Below, in pieces: positions 1 through 9,216 of a DNA stretch of 64,000 bases. Each line of letters opens with the position of its first letter. The stretch's first letter is position 1. The notes under the pieces were generated by a model. That model was given only the letters and a program-made list of their open reading frames with translations. It made no database searches and was not told the DNA's origin. The position numbers and the translations under genes are program-made. Origin of the DNA: Candidatus Woesebacteria bacterium (GTDB lineage: Bacteria > Patescibacteriota > Microgenomatia > UBA1400 > PJMF01); assembly GCA_050123235.1 (NCBI GenBank), contig JASFHL010000007.1, positions 75 through 64,074 on the forward strand, read 5' to 3'.

Positions 1-209
1 CTGATTAGTTGTATTAGTAATTAAATGTATTTTTTTATTAAACATTATATTTTTGTAAGTTGCTAAAGCCTTGATTAATAGATATAGTGTTAGATCTATA
101 ATTTGTTTATTTAATTGATTTTGAGCTAAATTGATCTTGCTTTAAGACTCACAAAAATATAATGTTTAATGAAAATAGCAATTACAATACAAGCTAATCA
201 AGGAAACTT

Positions 210-839
210 ATGGCTTTGAAAAAATATAAATACAAAAATATCACCATTTCTGGTTTGCCTGGTTGTGGCTCAACTACTTTATTGAATAAACTACGAGAGG
301 TTCTAAAATTTGATAAATGGACAGGTTTTAGTGGTGGTGAGTTTATGAGAGCATATGCAGTAGAAAAGGGTCTCTTTGATGACAATAGTAAATTCCACCA
401 TCCTGCTACTGCTTACGGGAGTGATTTTGATCGTCAAGTTGATATGGGAATGAGGCAAAAGCTGCAAACTCAGTCTAAATGGATACTTGAGTCATGGTTA
501 TCTGGTTTTTTTGCTCAGGGTGTCCCTGGTGTTTTGAAAATCCTCATGATTTGCAGTGATGATAGTGTTAGAGTAGACAGAATTGTTAACCGTGATAATG
601 TTACTCCCAATCAAGCTAAAAAAAATATTCTTGATAGATATAAAGCTAATTTAGGTAAATGGAGAAACTTGTATCACAAAGAATGGAAAGAATGGGTAGT
701 TAAAACTGGTATAGTAAAAGAACATGATCCAATTGATTTTTGGATCCCAGATCTTTACGATATAGTCATTGATACTTATTCTACTAATCAAGAACAAACT
801 TTAAAAAAGGTTTTAGATGCCATCAAAAAGAAAAAGTAA
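210..839 (+). CDS. P-loop nucleoside/nucleotide kinase-like protein (cytidylate-kinase-like AAA fold)
   Basis: N-terminal Walker A 'ISGLPGCGSTTLLNKL' in a 209-aa soluble ORF. No other family-specific motif recognised. Confidence 0.5.
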   Translation: MALKKYKYKNITISGLPGCGSTTLLNKLREVLKFDKWTGFSGGEFMRAYAVEKGLFDDNSKFHHPATAYGSDFDRQVDMGMRQKLQTQSKWILESWLSGFFAQGVPGVLKILMICSDDSVRVDRIVNRDNVTPNQAKKNILDRYKANLGKWRNLYHKEWKEWVVKTGIVKEHDPIDFWIPDLYDIVIDTYSTNQEQTLKKVLDAIKKKK

Positions 840-1509
840 AAAAAGAAGAATTGCCAAAAAATCTCATTTATTGTTTTTTCCATTGCTTTTTCTAGTTTTG
901 TTATTATGGGTAGTTTATCGCAGTATCTTCTCCTTTCCAGTTTGGTTTGATGAAAGCATTGGCAAGGCTATTTTTTTCGCTATCCCTGTCTGGCTTTATG
1001 TTTTAGTAAGTAATTTCAGGCCGATTGTTAACAGTTTTGCTTTTTTTAAAATGAAAAGAGGTTTAATGTTAGGTCTGGCTGTGGGTGGCATTTTTGGTTT
1101 TGTAACCTCTTTGATTGGAGTGATACAAAAAAATGCCAATATCGAAGCAGCTATGCTCTTCACTTCTGATAAATTTTGGTGGGAATTCTTTTTGGCTTTG
1201 ATGACTGCATTTTGGGAAACTCTATTTTTCTTCAGTTTCATTTATACAGTGATTCAAGATAAATATGCTCACTGGGATTTATTGAAAAGAGTTTTATTAG
1301 CTTCTTTAATTTTTCTTGTTTTCCATTTGCCCAATACATTTTTGAGATTTACTAGTTTAAATCATATTTTGGCTCAAATATTTTTATTATTTCTATTTGC
1401 TATTGGCCAGAGCTTACTGTTTGAAAAGGAAAAAAATGCTTACGCCTTGGTACTTTCTCATAGTATCTGGGGGATGGTGCTCTTGATTCATGTAAATTCT
1501 GGCCTATAA
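817..1509 (+). CDS. CPBP-family (CAAX/Abi-like) intramembrane metalloprotease
   Basis: Polytopic membrane ORF with ordered motifs 'WETLFF' (EExxxR-like), 'FLVFH' (FxxxH) and 'HSIWGMV' (HxxxN/D-like). The true start may lie downstream of the overlap with the preceding ORF. Confidence 0.45.
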   Translation: MPSKRKSKKRRIAKKSHLLFFPLLFLVLLLWVVYRSIFSFPVWFDESIGKAIFFAIPVWLYVLVSNFRPIVNSFAFFKMKRGLMLGLAVGGIFGFVTSLIGVIQKNANIEAAMLFTSDKFWWEFFLALMTAFWETLFFFSFIYTVIQDKYAHWDLLKRVLLASLIFLVFHLPNTFLRFTSLNHILAQIFLLFLFAIGQSLLFEKEKNAYALVLSHSIWGMVLLIHVNSGL

Positions 1510-1634
1510 AGCAAGCCCGATTTTGCAATAGTCCTTTGGCTATCAGAATTAAGGTCAGGATGTTATAATGATTACCCTGTGTTTCGATTATTTTCACAGG
1601 TTCTGCTTGAGCCGACTTGCTGATGTAGTAAAAA

Positions 1635-2189
1635 TTGAGGATTGATAACTTTATGAAAAATTTAAGATTTATAGCTTCTATAGGCGCTTTATTATTTGGT
1701 ATTGCCATTGTAGCAGCCTCCTTGTCTTCAGCAAGTATTGTGCAAGGCCAAGAAGAAACAGTCAGTCAAAAAAAACTTTATTGGTCACAAACCATCTTGC
1801 CTGACCATATTTTTTATCCCTTTGTAGCTGCTGCTGACAGAATTAAATTAGAGATTGCTTCTCCCAGCGAAAAACCTTATTTACAAATAGAATATGCTAA
1901 TAGACGTTTGGCTTATAGCAAAGAACTTTTGGAAAAAGGCAATCAGGGTTTAGCTTTGACTACTCTTACTAAATCTCAAAAATATCTAATTTTTGCTGTT
2001 CAAGAAGCTATTGATAATGATCAAGCTCCTGCTTTGACAAAAAAATACCTAAAAGATGCACTTGAACAACATATGACAGAAGTAAAAAACATGATTAGTA
2101 AATTCTCTGCTTCAGAGAGAGATGTGATTGAAAAATTGTGTGCTGAAACCCAAACATTAAAGGAGCAATTAGAAAGTGAAATTAAATAG
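1635..2189 (+). CDS. secreted hypothetical protein
   Basis: N-terminal signal-peptide-like hydrophobic segment 'LLFGIAIVAASLSSA' followed by a hydrophilic helical body. No recognisable domain. Confidence 0.45.
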   Translation: MRIDNFMKNLRFIASIGALLFGIAIVAASLSSASIVQGQEETVSQKKLYWSQTILPDHIFYPFVAAADRIKLEIASPSEKPYLQIEYANRRLAYSKELLEKGNQGLALTTLTKSQKYLIFAVQEAIDNDQAPALTKKYLKDALEQHMTEVKNMISKFSASERDVIEKLCAETQTLKEQLESEIK

Positions 2190-2327
2190 TTCAAATTCTT
2201 ATTTTTTGATTGTTGTTTAAGGAAAAATAATTTTTAAGTTTTAAAAACTGATAGTTTTTGACCCATTTGATTATAGTTGACAGGTATCCCCTTTGTGTGA
2301 GATTCTTTTATCCCATAAGCTCAATAA

Positions 2328-2343
2328 ACACAAGTTATTGTGG
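2328..2343 (+). promoter_or_regulatory. NrdR box-like palindrome upstream of nrdR-nrdJ
   Basis: ACACAAGTTATTGTGG is a 16-bp palindrome matching the ACACAA...TTGTGT NrdR operator pattern. It lies about 60 bp upstream of the nrdR start. Confidence 0.45.
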
Positions 2344-2402
2344 TTAATCTTTAACAAAGATACAAGAGTTAGTAGTTTTTTAGTTGAGTTTATTTTAATT
2401 AA

Positions 2403-2849
2403 ATGCAATGTCCTTATTGTCAAAACAGCGACACTTTTGTAATTGACTCACGTGAAGCTGACAATGGCTCTACTATTAGAAGAAGAAGAGTGTGCAATAA
2501 ATGCCAGCGTCGTTTTACCACTTATGAAAGAGTGGAAAAAATAGACTTACTAGTGGTGAAAAAAGATGGTTCAAAACAAGAATTTGACAGAGAGAAAATT
2601 AAAAGAGGCCTGATGAAGGCTACTTGGAAAAGGCCTATTTCGATTGCCCAAATCAATGAGTTAATTGAGGAAGTAGAAAAAAAATTAAAATTAAAAGAAA
2701 CAAGAGAAGTTAAAAGTTGGGAGGTAGGGAATCTAGTGATCAATCGTTTAAAGAAAATTGATCCATTATCATATTTATTATTTGCTTGTGTTTATCGAGA
2801 TTTTGAAAGTCTAGAAAATTTTGAACAAGAATTAAAAAAAATAAGATAG
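2403..2849 (+). CDS. nrdR: transcriptional repressor NrdR
   Basis: Zinc ribbon 'CPYCQ...CNKCQRRFTTYERVE' followed by an ATP-cone. Sits immediately upstream of the ribonucleotide reductase gene. Confidence 0.9.
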   Translation: MQCPYCQNSDTFVIDSREADNGSTIRRRRVCNKCQRRFTTYERVEKIDLLVVKKDGSKQEFDREKIKRGLMKATWKRPISIAQINELIEEVEKKLKLKETREVKSWEVGNLVINRLKKIDPLSYLLFACVYRDFESLENFEQELKKIR

Positions 2850-2855
2850 ATTTAT

Positions 2856-5057
2856 ATGGCACAGAAGAAAAAAACAAGATCTAGTCATAAACAGTCATTG
2901 CCAAAAAGAAGAATGAGGTTTGCTGTGCGTAAGTTAGCTAAGGGTTTGGGTGAGGCTGTAGCTAAAAGAACTTATTTGCGTACAGATAAAGATGGCAATT
3001 TAGAGAAATGGGCGGAAGTTGCTCATCGGGTTGCTTTGGGAAATTCTTCTTTGGCTATTGATAGCAATAAAAAACATCGTCAAGAAGAGTATGAGATTTT
3101 GAAAAAGCATATTGCTAATGCTTCTTTGTTGATGAGTGGTCGTCACTTACAACATGGTGATAAAGATCAGATTAAGAAAAACATGGAGGTCTTTACTAAC
3201 TGTGCTACTGCTTCTAGTTCTTTCTTGCTTTTTTATCTTTTGTTGAATGGTTCTGGAGTAGGTAGGGCTTATGATGATGATTTGATGGTTGTTGATTGGG
3301 ACAACATGCCCAATATTCACTGTGTTTTATCTGAAGATCACAAAGATTTTGTTTGGGGTGAGGATGAAAGTACTCAAGAGGCTAGACATAAATATCATAA
3401 GGCACATTGGTATAAAATACCTGATACTCGTGAGGGCTGGGCTCAAGCAGTAGAAAAAATAGAAGTGATGGCTTTTGAAAAGAAATATAAAGATGATTTG
3501 CTAGTAGTTGATTTCTCTGATGTTAGGGGCAAAGGTTCTTTGATTAAAGGAATGCAAAATAGACCTGCGTCAGGTCCTAGACCCTTGATTAAGGCTATTC
3601 AAAAAGTAGCGACTGTACGTAGCGCTGGTATGGAGCGTTGGAAACAAACACTATTTATTGATCATTATTTGTCTGAATGCGTTTTGGTTGGAGGGGCTAG
3701 AAGGGCAGCTAGAATTGCCACTAAAGCTTGGACTGATCCTGGTATTTTAGATTTTATCTCAGTTAAAAAGAATGGTTTCTTGTGGTCAGCTAATAATAGC
3801 GTGGCAGTTGATGATAAGTTTTGGAAGCAGAAAAGTAAGCACTCACAAAAGGTTTTGGATGCTGTTTTGCATGCTTCTTATCATCATAAAACAGGTGAAC
3901 CAGGTTTTGTAAATCAACACAAACTAGTACAGAATGATGAGGATTTTGATGGTTATCTAGATGGAAAATATGCTAGGAGCAAAAAATATAAGTCATTTAA
4001 AAGAACGACCAAGATGATGGCAGCAATTGCTAGGCATGCTAGTAGTAAATACTACACCCAAATTCCTAATCCTTGTGGTGAAATTACTCTCAATATGTTG
4101 GGTGGCTATTGTGTGATTGCTGATGTAGTACCTTATTTTGCTCCTAATACTGAGGCTGCAGAAGAAGCTTTTAGAGCTGCCAGCAGAGCTTTGATTAGAG
4201 TGAATACATATATGGATTGTTTGTACAAACGTGAGGTTAAAAGGACCAATAGAATTGGAGTTAGTATAACTGGGATTCATGAATATGCTTGGAATGCATT
4301 TGGTTTTGGTTTCAGAGATTTGATTGATGAAGAAAAGAGTAAGGATTTTTGGATGACCATTGCAAGATATAAAAGAGCAGTTATGGAAGAGGCAGAGAAA
4401 TACTCCAAACAGCTGAAAGTAACAGTACCTCACACCAATACTACTATCAAACCTTCTGGTACGATTTCTAAGTTATTTGCTTTGAGCGAAGGAGCACATC
4501 TACCGGCTATGCGTGAGTATTTACGCTGGGTGCAGTTTAGAGATGATGAGCCTTTAGTTAAGCGTTATAAACGCTTAGGTTATCCAGTGAAAGTTCTTAA
4601 GAGCTATCGTGGGACTACAGTAGTTGGTTTTCCCACCCAACCAGAAGTTTGTAAATTAGGTATGAATGGTAAGCTAGTGACTGCCAGCGAAGCAACCCCA
4701 GAGGAGCAATATAAATGGTTGATGTTATTAGAAAAGTATTGGATTGTTGGGGTTGATGTAAATGGTCAAGCTTTGTCAGAAGATACGGGTAATCAAGTTT
4801 CTTATACTCTCAAATATGATCCTAAAAAAGTTAGCTACAGACAGTTTTCTAGAATGCTAAGAAAATATCAACCTTTGATTAAAACTTGTAGTGTCATGCC
4901 ACAAGTAGATCGTACTGCTTATGAATATCAACCAGAAGAATCGCTAACGATTAATGAGTTTATGAAAGTGATCCGTGAGATTACTGATGATGAGGATGTT
5001 TTGGAAGATATTGATTTGGAGCACCTCAAGTGCCAAAATGGAGCTTGTCCGATATAG
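2856..5057 (+). CDS. nrdJ: class II (adenosylcobalamin-dependent) ribonucleotide reductase, monomeric RTPR-like
   Basis: 733-aa ORF carrying the active-site thiyl-cysteine motif 'NPCGEITL'. Operon position directly after nrdR. Length is similar to the Lactobacillus RTPR type. Confidence 0.7.
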   Translation: MAQKKKTRSSHKQSLPKRRMRFAVRKLAKGLGEAVAKRTYLRTDKDGNLEKWAEVAHRVALGNSSLAIDSNKKHRQEEYEILKKHIANASLLMSGRHLQHGDKDQIKKNMEVFTNCATASSSFLLFYLLLNGSGVGRAYDDDLMVVDWDNMPNIHCVLSEDHKDFVWGEDESTQEARHKYHKAHWYKIPDTREGWAQAVEKIEVMAFEKKYKDDLLVVDFSDVRGKGSLIKGMQNRPASGPRPLIKAIQKVATVRSAGMERWKQTLFIDHYLSECVLVGGARRAARIATKAWTDPGILDFISVKKNGFLWSANNSVAVDDKFWKQKSKHSQKVLDAVLHASYHHKTGEPGFVNQHKLVQNDEDFDGYLDGKYARSKKYKSFKRTTKMMAAIARHASSKYYTQIPNPCGEITLNMLGGYCVIADVVPYFAPNTEAAEEAFRAASRALIRVNTYMDCLYKREVKRTNRIGVSITGIHEYAWNAFGFGFRDLIDEEKSKDFWMTIARYKRAVMEEAEKYSKQLKVTVPHTNTTIKPSGTISKLFALSEGAHLPAMREYLRWVQFRDDEPLVKRYKRLGYPVKVLKSYRGTTVVGFPTQPEVCKLGMNGKLVTASEATPEEQYKWLMLLEKYWIVGVDVNGQALSEDTGNQVSYTLKYDPKKVSYRQFSRMLRKYQPLIKTCSVMPQVDRTAYEYQPEESLTINEFMKVIREITDDEDVLEDIDLEHLKCQNGACPI

Positions 5058-5141
5058 TCATTTAGCCATCGCTGCCACTACAAATCTTCCGTCCTTTTCA
5101 CCAATCAACTACTTTCATCGTTAGACAGTTTTTTTTATTTT

Positions 5142-6473
5142 TTAATCTGCCAGACCACTTACATCTTCTTGTTTTTTTTCTTGAATTAGAAAATCAGCCT
5201 TTGTTTTTTCAACTATAACTGGCTTAACGTAATCTGTCACCATTTTTTTCGAATCTACCACATTTAGAGCTTTAAAAAAGAAGCTAAAACGTTGAGCCAA
5301 GCTATCACGGATTTTAGCTTTGTTTTCTTCAGGAATATTCCAGATTTCTTGTTTAAATTGTCCCCATCCTTTTTTTCTCATTTTGTAGTGGAATTGAGCA
5401 GTGCTTTGATCAGCTTTTTTTTCATTGATTTGTTCAGTATCTAGCCAATGATAGATTTTATTTAGCAGATCTTGGGGAAAGGCAGGGTGATCCATTTGTA
5501 AATTTTGTATACCAGTAGCTAGATGTACCTCAATAGCCTCAGAAGCAGGGAATTGCTCAAAATATTTATCGTCAAGTGTCGAAGCTCCATGTTGCACAGT
5601 TCCTCCAAGCTGATACTTTTCCCGTCCTAATTTTGAGATTTTATCAAGAATTGAAAAATCGATCTTAATATCAGCCAAAGAACCATCAGTCAAAACTACT
5701 CCTCCATGATGGCTACCTGTTTGCACACTGATTTTACTTAAGCCTGCCATTTTTGAAGGCAAGCCAGCTTTAAAGCCATTCATAAAGGCTTCAAAGTCTG
5801 CTATGGTACTATTTTTACCACCAATGTGTCCGATTTCTCCACCTATAGAAATAGTTATTCCTTTAGGCTCAAGAGATCTAATTAATTTAGTCATTTCCAA
5901 GGAGTATTTAATATTAGCAACTTGTTGTTCTGTTTCTATGTCTTGGCTGAGATCTACCAAAGTAGACATATCAATATCAATGTTGTAAAAACCAGCTTTG
6001 ATTGCTTGTCTAATTAGTTTTTTGATTGTTTCGATTTCTCCTGTTTTTGGCTGCCCGGCTTGATTAGAGACTTTAGCTTGAAAATGATCGCCTTGGATAA
6101 ACAACGGTCCAGACCAATTTTCCCTGAAAGCAGCAGCAGCAATGACAGTCACATATTCTTGAGGAGATTGATTGGTATAAGTTATCTCAGAACGAGCAAG
6201 TTCAAAAATCATTGCTCCTACATTGATTTGTTTAGCAGCCTGGAAAGCCGCTCTAGCAGTATCGTAAGTCAAACCTTTGATATTAAAAGCAGGCACAGTG
6301 AAATCGTGAGCTAATTTATTTTTGGCTCTTGCTAGATAAAGATCATGGATTGAAGCAGGAATAATCTTGTTTTCTGTGGATAGCTGCCAGATTTGGTAGC
6401 GTGCTGCTTGCTTTTGCTCATCAGAGCCAAAAACAGCTTTTTGTACTAAATCATCCATCTTATCTTTTTTCAT
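5142..6473 (-). CDS. class II fructose-bisphosphate aldolase family (long form)
   Basis: Class II aldolase motifs 'PAFN', 'IQGDHF' (zinc His), 'SIGGEIGHIGG' and 'QTGSHHGG'. Lies in the same minus-strand block as pgk. Confidence 0.6.
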   Translation of the reverse strand: MKKDKMDDLVQKAVFGSDEQKQAARYQIWQLSTENKIIPASIHDLYLARAKNKLAHDFTVPAFNIKGLTYDTARAAFQAAKQINVGAMIFELARSEITYTNQSPQEYVTVIAAAAFRENWSGPLFIQGDHFQAKVSNQAGQPKTGEIETIKKLIRQAIKAGFYNIDIDMSTLVDLSQDIETEQQVANIKYSLEMTKLIRSLEPKGITISIGGEIGHIGGKNSTIADFEAFMNGFKAGLPSKMAGLSKISVQTGSHHGGVVLTDGSLADIKIDFSILDKISKLGREKYQLGGTVQHGASTLDDKYFEQFPASEAIEVHLATGIQNLQMDHPAFPQDLLNKIYHWLDTEQINEKKADQSTAQFHYKMRKKGWGQFKQEIWNIPEENKAKIRDSLAQRFSFFFKALNVVDSKKMVTDYVKPVIVEKTKADFLIQEKKQEDVSGLAD

Positions 6474-6475
6474 AA

Positions 6476-7294
6476 TTATTTTTGATTAATATTTTTAATT
6501 ACTTTTTTATAATTACTATCACTGCTTACATCGAACCAAATTCCCTGAAAAGGAAAAGCTAATAAGCGATTGTTTTCTGTTAATTTGGGAAAAACATCTT
6601 GTTCTAGTGTAGTTGGAGTTTTATCAGGAATAGCTTGAAAGATTTCATGCTCAAATATATAAATACCAGTATTGACGATACTGGCGGTTTGCCCAAGTTG
6701 ACGTTTTTTAAAGTCCACGATCCTATGACCCTGCATAAAAACATTGTCATAAGAATCCTGTGACATTCTGGGTTTAACAGCCATTGTGACAAGACTTTTA
6801 TTTTGAATATGAAATTCCAGCATATCTTCTAAGTTGATATTTGTGAGGATATCTCCGGCGATAACATAAAAAGTATCTTTGATTAATTTTTTAGTATTTT
6901 TAATTGCTCCAGCTGTTCCGAGAGGTTTTTTTTCATAAAGATAATCAATTGTAAGATTAAATTGTGAGCCGTCACCCAATAGTTCTTGTATTTTTTTTCC
7001 TCGTGAATTAGTGGCAATGATTACTTTTTCTACTCCATATTTTTTAAGATGATCAATGGTGTAGCTAATGAGAGGTTTTTTATCAATCAAAGTCAGTGCT
7101 TTAATCATAGTTTCATTGGGAAGCTTAACTCCACCAGCTAAAATAACAGCGGTTTTAAGACGATGCTTTAGACTTTGTTCAAGTAAATGCTCAATGGCGT
7201 GAGAACGATTACGGATTTCTTTTTTATCAATCAATTGATCAATTTTTTTAAGAGTAGAGCTGGATAAGCTGATAGTTAATCTGGATTTACTCAT
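6476..7294 (-). CDS. sugar-phosphate nucleotidyltransferase with N-terminal ribbon-helix-helix (CopG-like) domain
   Basis: First ~45 aa 'LTISLSSSTLKKIDQLIDKKEIRNRSHAIEHLLEQSL' has an RHH pattern. This is followed by an NTP-transferase fold with 'VILAGGV...' and 'GTAGAI'. Confidence 0.5.
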   Translation of the reverse strand: MSKSRLTISLSSSTLKKIDQLIDKKEIRNRSHAIEHLLEQSLKHRLKTAVILAGGVKLPNETMIKALTLIDKKPLISYTIDHLKKYGVEKVIIATNSRGKKIQELLGDGSQFNLTIDYLYEKKPLGTAGAIKNTKKLIKDTFYVIAGDILTNINLEDMLEFHIQNKSLVTMAVKPRMSQDSYDNVFMQGHRIVDFKKRQLGQTASIVNTGIYIFEHEIFQAIPDKTPTTLEQDVFPKLTENNRLLAFPFQGIWFDVSSDSNYKKVIKNINQK

Positions 7295-7301
7295 TAGATC
7301 T

Positions 7302-8561
7302 CTATAATTTTTTGATTAGGGGTTTAATTCCTGGCAACATTTTACCAGATAAAAATTCTAAAGCAGAGCCACCGGCTGCTGAAACATAGTCAAAACGATG
7401 TTCCAATTTAAATTTTTTGATAGCAGCGATGGTATCTCCACCTCCAAGGATGGTAGTGGCACTGCTTTTAGCAATCGCTTTAGCGATTTCTCTAGTCCCT
7501 TTTGCAAAAAGTTCATTTTCAAACACTCCCATTGGCCCGTTCCAAAAAATAGTTTGCGCTTGAAGAATTAGTTCTTTGAAAAGGCGGATGGTTTTTTTAC
7601 CAATATCCAAGTACATCAGGTTTTTATGAGGATGATCGTCAACTAGATCTATGCTGACAATTTTTTTACTATTCACTGATCTTGCAGCCAGTACATCTGT
7701 AGGATAGATAATTTTAGGCAGAGGAATATAGTTATCTTTGAGTAGTCTTTCTTGCTTTGTATCTTCGATCAATTCTTCTGCTATTTCAACATAATCCACG
7801 CCTTGTTTTTTAAGATCAGCTGGTGCATCTTGTAAATAGGATTTAGAGATATCAAAACCTTCTGCTTTCAAAAAATTGTTAGCCACTCCACCCCCAACTA
7901 AAACAGCATCAGCAATTTTAGCTAGATGTTCAATAGCTGCAACCTTATCAGAAATTTTGGCACCGCCAATTACAATGATAAAAGGACGTCTGGGTTGAGT
8001 CATTAGAGAAGACAGAGCCTCTACCTCTTTTTTGAGAACGAAACCAGGATAACTAGGTAGATACTTAGTCACTGCTACAAAAGAAGCATGAGATCGGTGA
8101 GAGGTGGAAAAGGCTTCGTTGACATAAATGTCTGCCAGTTTAGCCAGCTGTTTAGCAAACTGTTGATTATTCTTTTTTTCTTCTGGATAGAAACGTAAAT
8201 TTTCCAATAATAATATTTCTCCATTTTGAGCTGCTTTTATTTGGCTTTCAACTTCATCCCCAATGCAGTCATCAATAAATTTGACAGATTTTTTTAATAA
8301 AGAAGCAAGATGTTTAGCAATTGGTTTAAGACTAAGTTCTTTTTTAGCTTTACCAGCAGGTCTGCCCAAGTGAGAAATAATAACTATTTTGGCATTGCTT
8401 TTGAGTAAAAAATTAATTGTTTCCAGAGAATCCTGGATGCGCTTGTCATCACTGATGATGATTTTTCCATTCTTTTCTTTTAAAGGCACATTATAATCAG
8501 CTCTTAAGAGAACAGTTTTATTTTGTATATCTTGTGGAGATAAAATTTTGAGTTTTAACAT
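7302..8561 (-). CDS. pgk: phosphoglycerate kinase
   Basis: Motifs 'RADYNVPL', 'ISHLGRP' and 'IIVIGGAKISDK', with the expected length. Confidence 0.9.
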   Translation of the reverse strand: MLKLKILSPQDIQNKTVLLRADYNVPLKEKNGKIIISDDKRIQDSLETINFLLKSNAKIVIISHLGRPAGKAKKELSLKPIAKHLASLLKKSVKFIDDCIGDEVESQIKAAQNGEILLLENLRFYPEEKKNNQQFAKQLAKLADIYVNEAFSTSHRSHASFVAVTKYLPSYPGFVLKKEVEALSSLMTQPRRPFIIVIGGAKISDKVAAIEHLAKIADAVLVGGGVANNFLKAEGFDISKSYLQDAPADLKKQGVDYVEIAEELIEDTKQERLLKDNYIPLPKIIYPTDVLAARSVNSKKIVSIDLVDDHPHKNLMYLDIGKKTIRLFKELILQAQTIFWNGPMGVFENELFAKGTREIAKAIAKSSATTILGGGDTIAAIKKFKLEHRFDYVSAAGGSALEFLSGKMLPGIKPLIKKL

Positions 8562-8601
8562 ATTTCTGCTTGCCGCGCTTGTATCTTAGTTTAATAAGAT
8601 A

Positions 8602-9075
8602 CTAAGTAAGTTTATTTTTAATCCAATTGCCTGCTATTTTGCTTAAAAAAATTACAATTAGGGCAATTAACAGGTGTTCAGTCACAGCTTTCCAAGCAGC
8701 CTTTTTTTGCTGTTTTGCCATCATGAAACTAAAAATTGTTAACAATGTTATTCCCCAGCTAAGATCAAGCATAAAAGCAGTTTTGAGAGAAAAGAATATG
8801 AAGGGCCAGACAAAACTAAGGGCAAAAATGAATTTGAAAAATAAAGTGGTTATGGTAGCTAGCCAGATTTCTTTATGTTTTTTTTTCTTAATTTCTTCTG
8901 CAATATGAATACCTAGAGCATCTGACATAGAATCAGCAATGGCAATAGTCAAAATTCCAGCAATAATGACATTGTTTGAAGCATCTCCAGAGATTAAACC
9001 TGTAATTAAACCTAAAGTAGTGATTATCCCTGAAGTTAGTCCAAAACTAAAACCAGTTTTAACTGAATTTTTCAT
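8602..9075 (-). CDS. small polytopic membrane protein (VIT/CCC1-like?)
   Basis: Four predicted TM helices with a glycine-rich 'GLITGLISGDASNN' segment. Family assignment is uncertain. Confidence 0.35.
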   Translation of the reverse strand: MKNSVKTGFSFGLTSGIITTLGLITGLISGDASNNVIIAGILTIAIADSMSDALGIHIAEEIKKKKHKEIWLATITTLFFKFIFALSFVWPFIFFSLKTAFMLDLSWGITLLTIFSFMMAKQQKKAAWKAVTEHLLIALIVIFLSKIAGNWIKNKLT

Positions 9076-9216
9076 GATTAAGGTTTATATTAAGCTTAAT
9101 CATGAAATTAGCCAAGAGTCTATTTTTAATTTGAGATTAGATTATTGCTAGATTTTTTAAAATATTAATATCCGTTATATTGATCAATATAGGATCTCAT
9201 GTTAGGATAACACATT

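Noticed and set aside
2190-2327. Second NrdR box forming the usual tandem pair
   Set aside because: Only weak half-matches such as TTTGTGTGAGATTCTT are present, so the call is restricted to the single clear palindrome.
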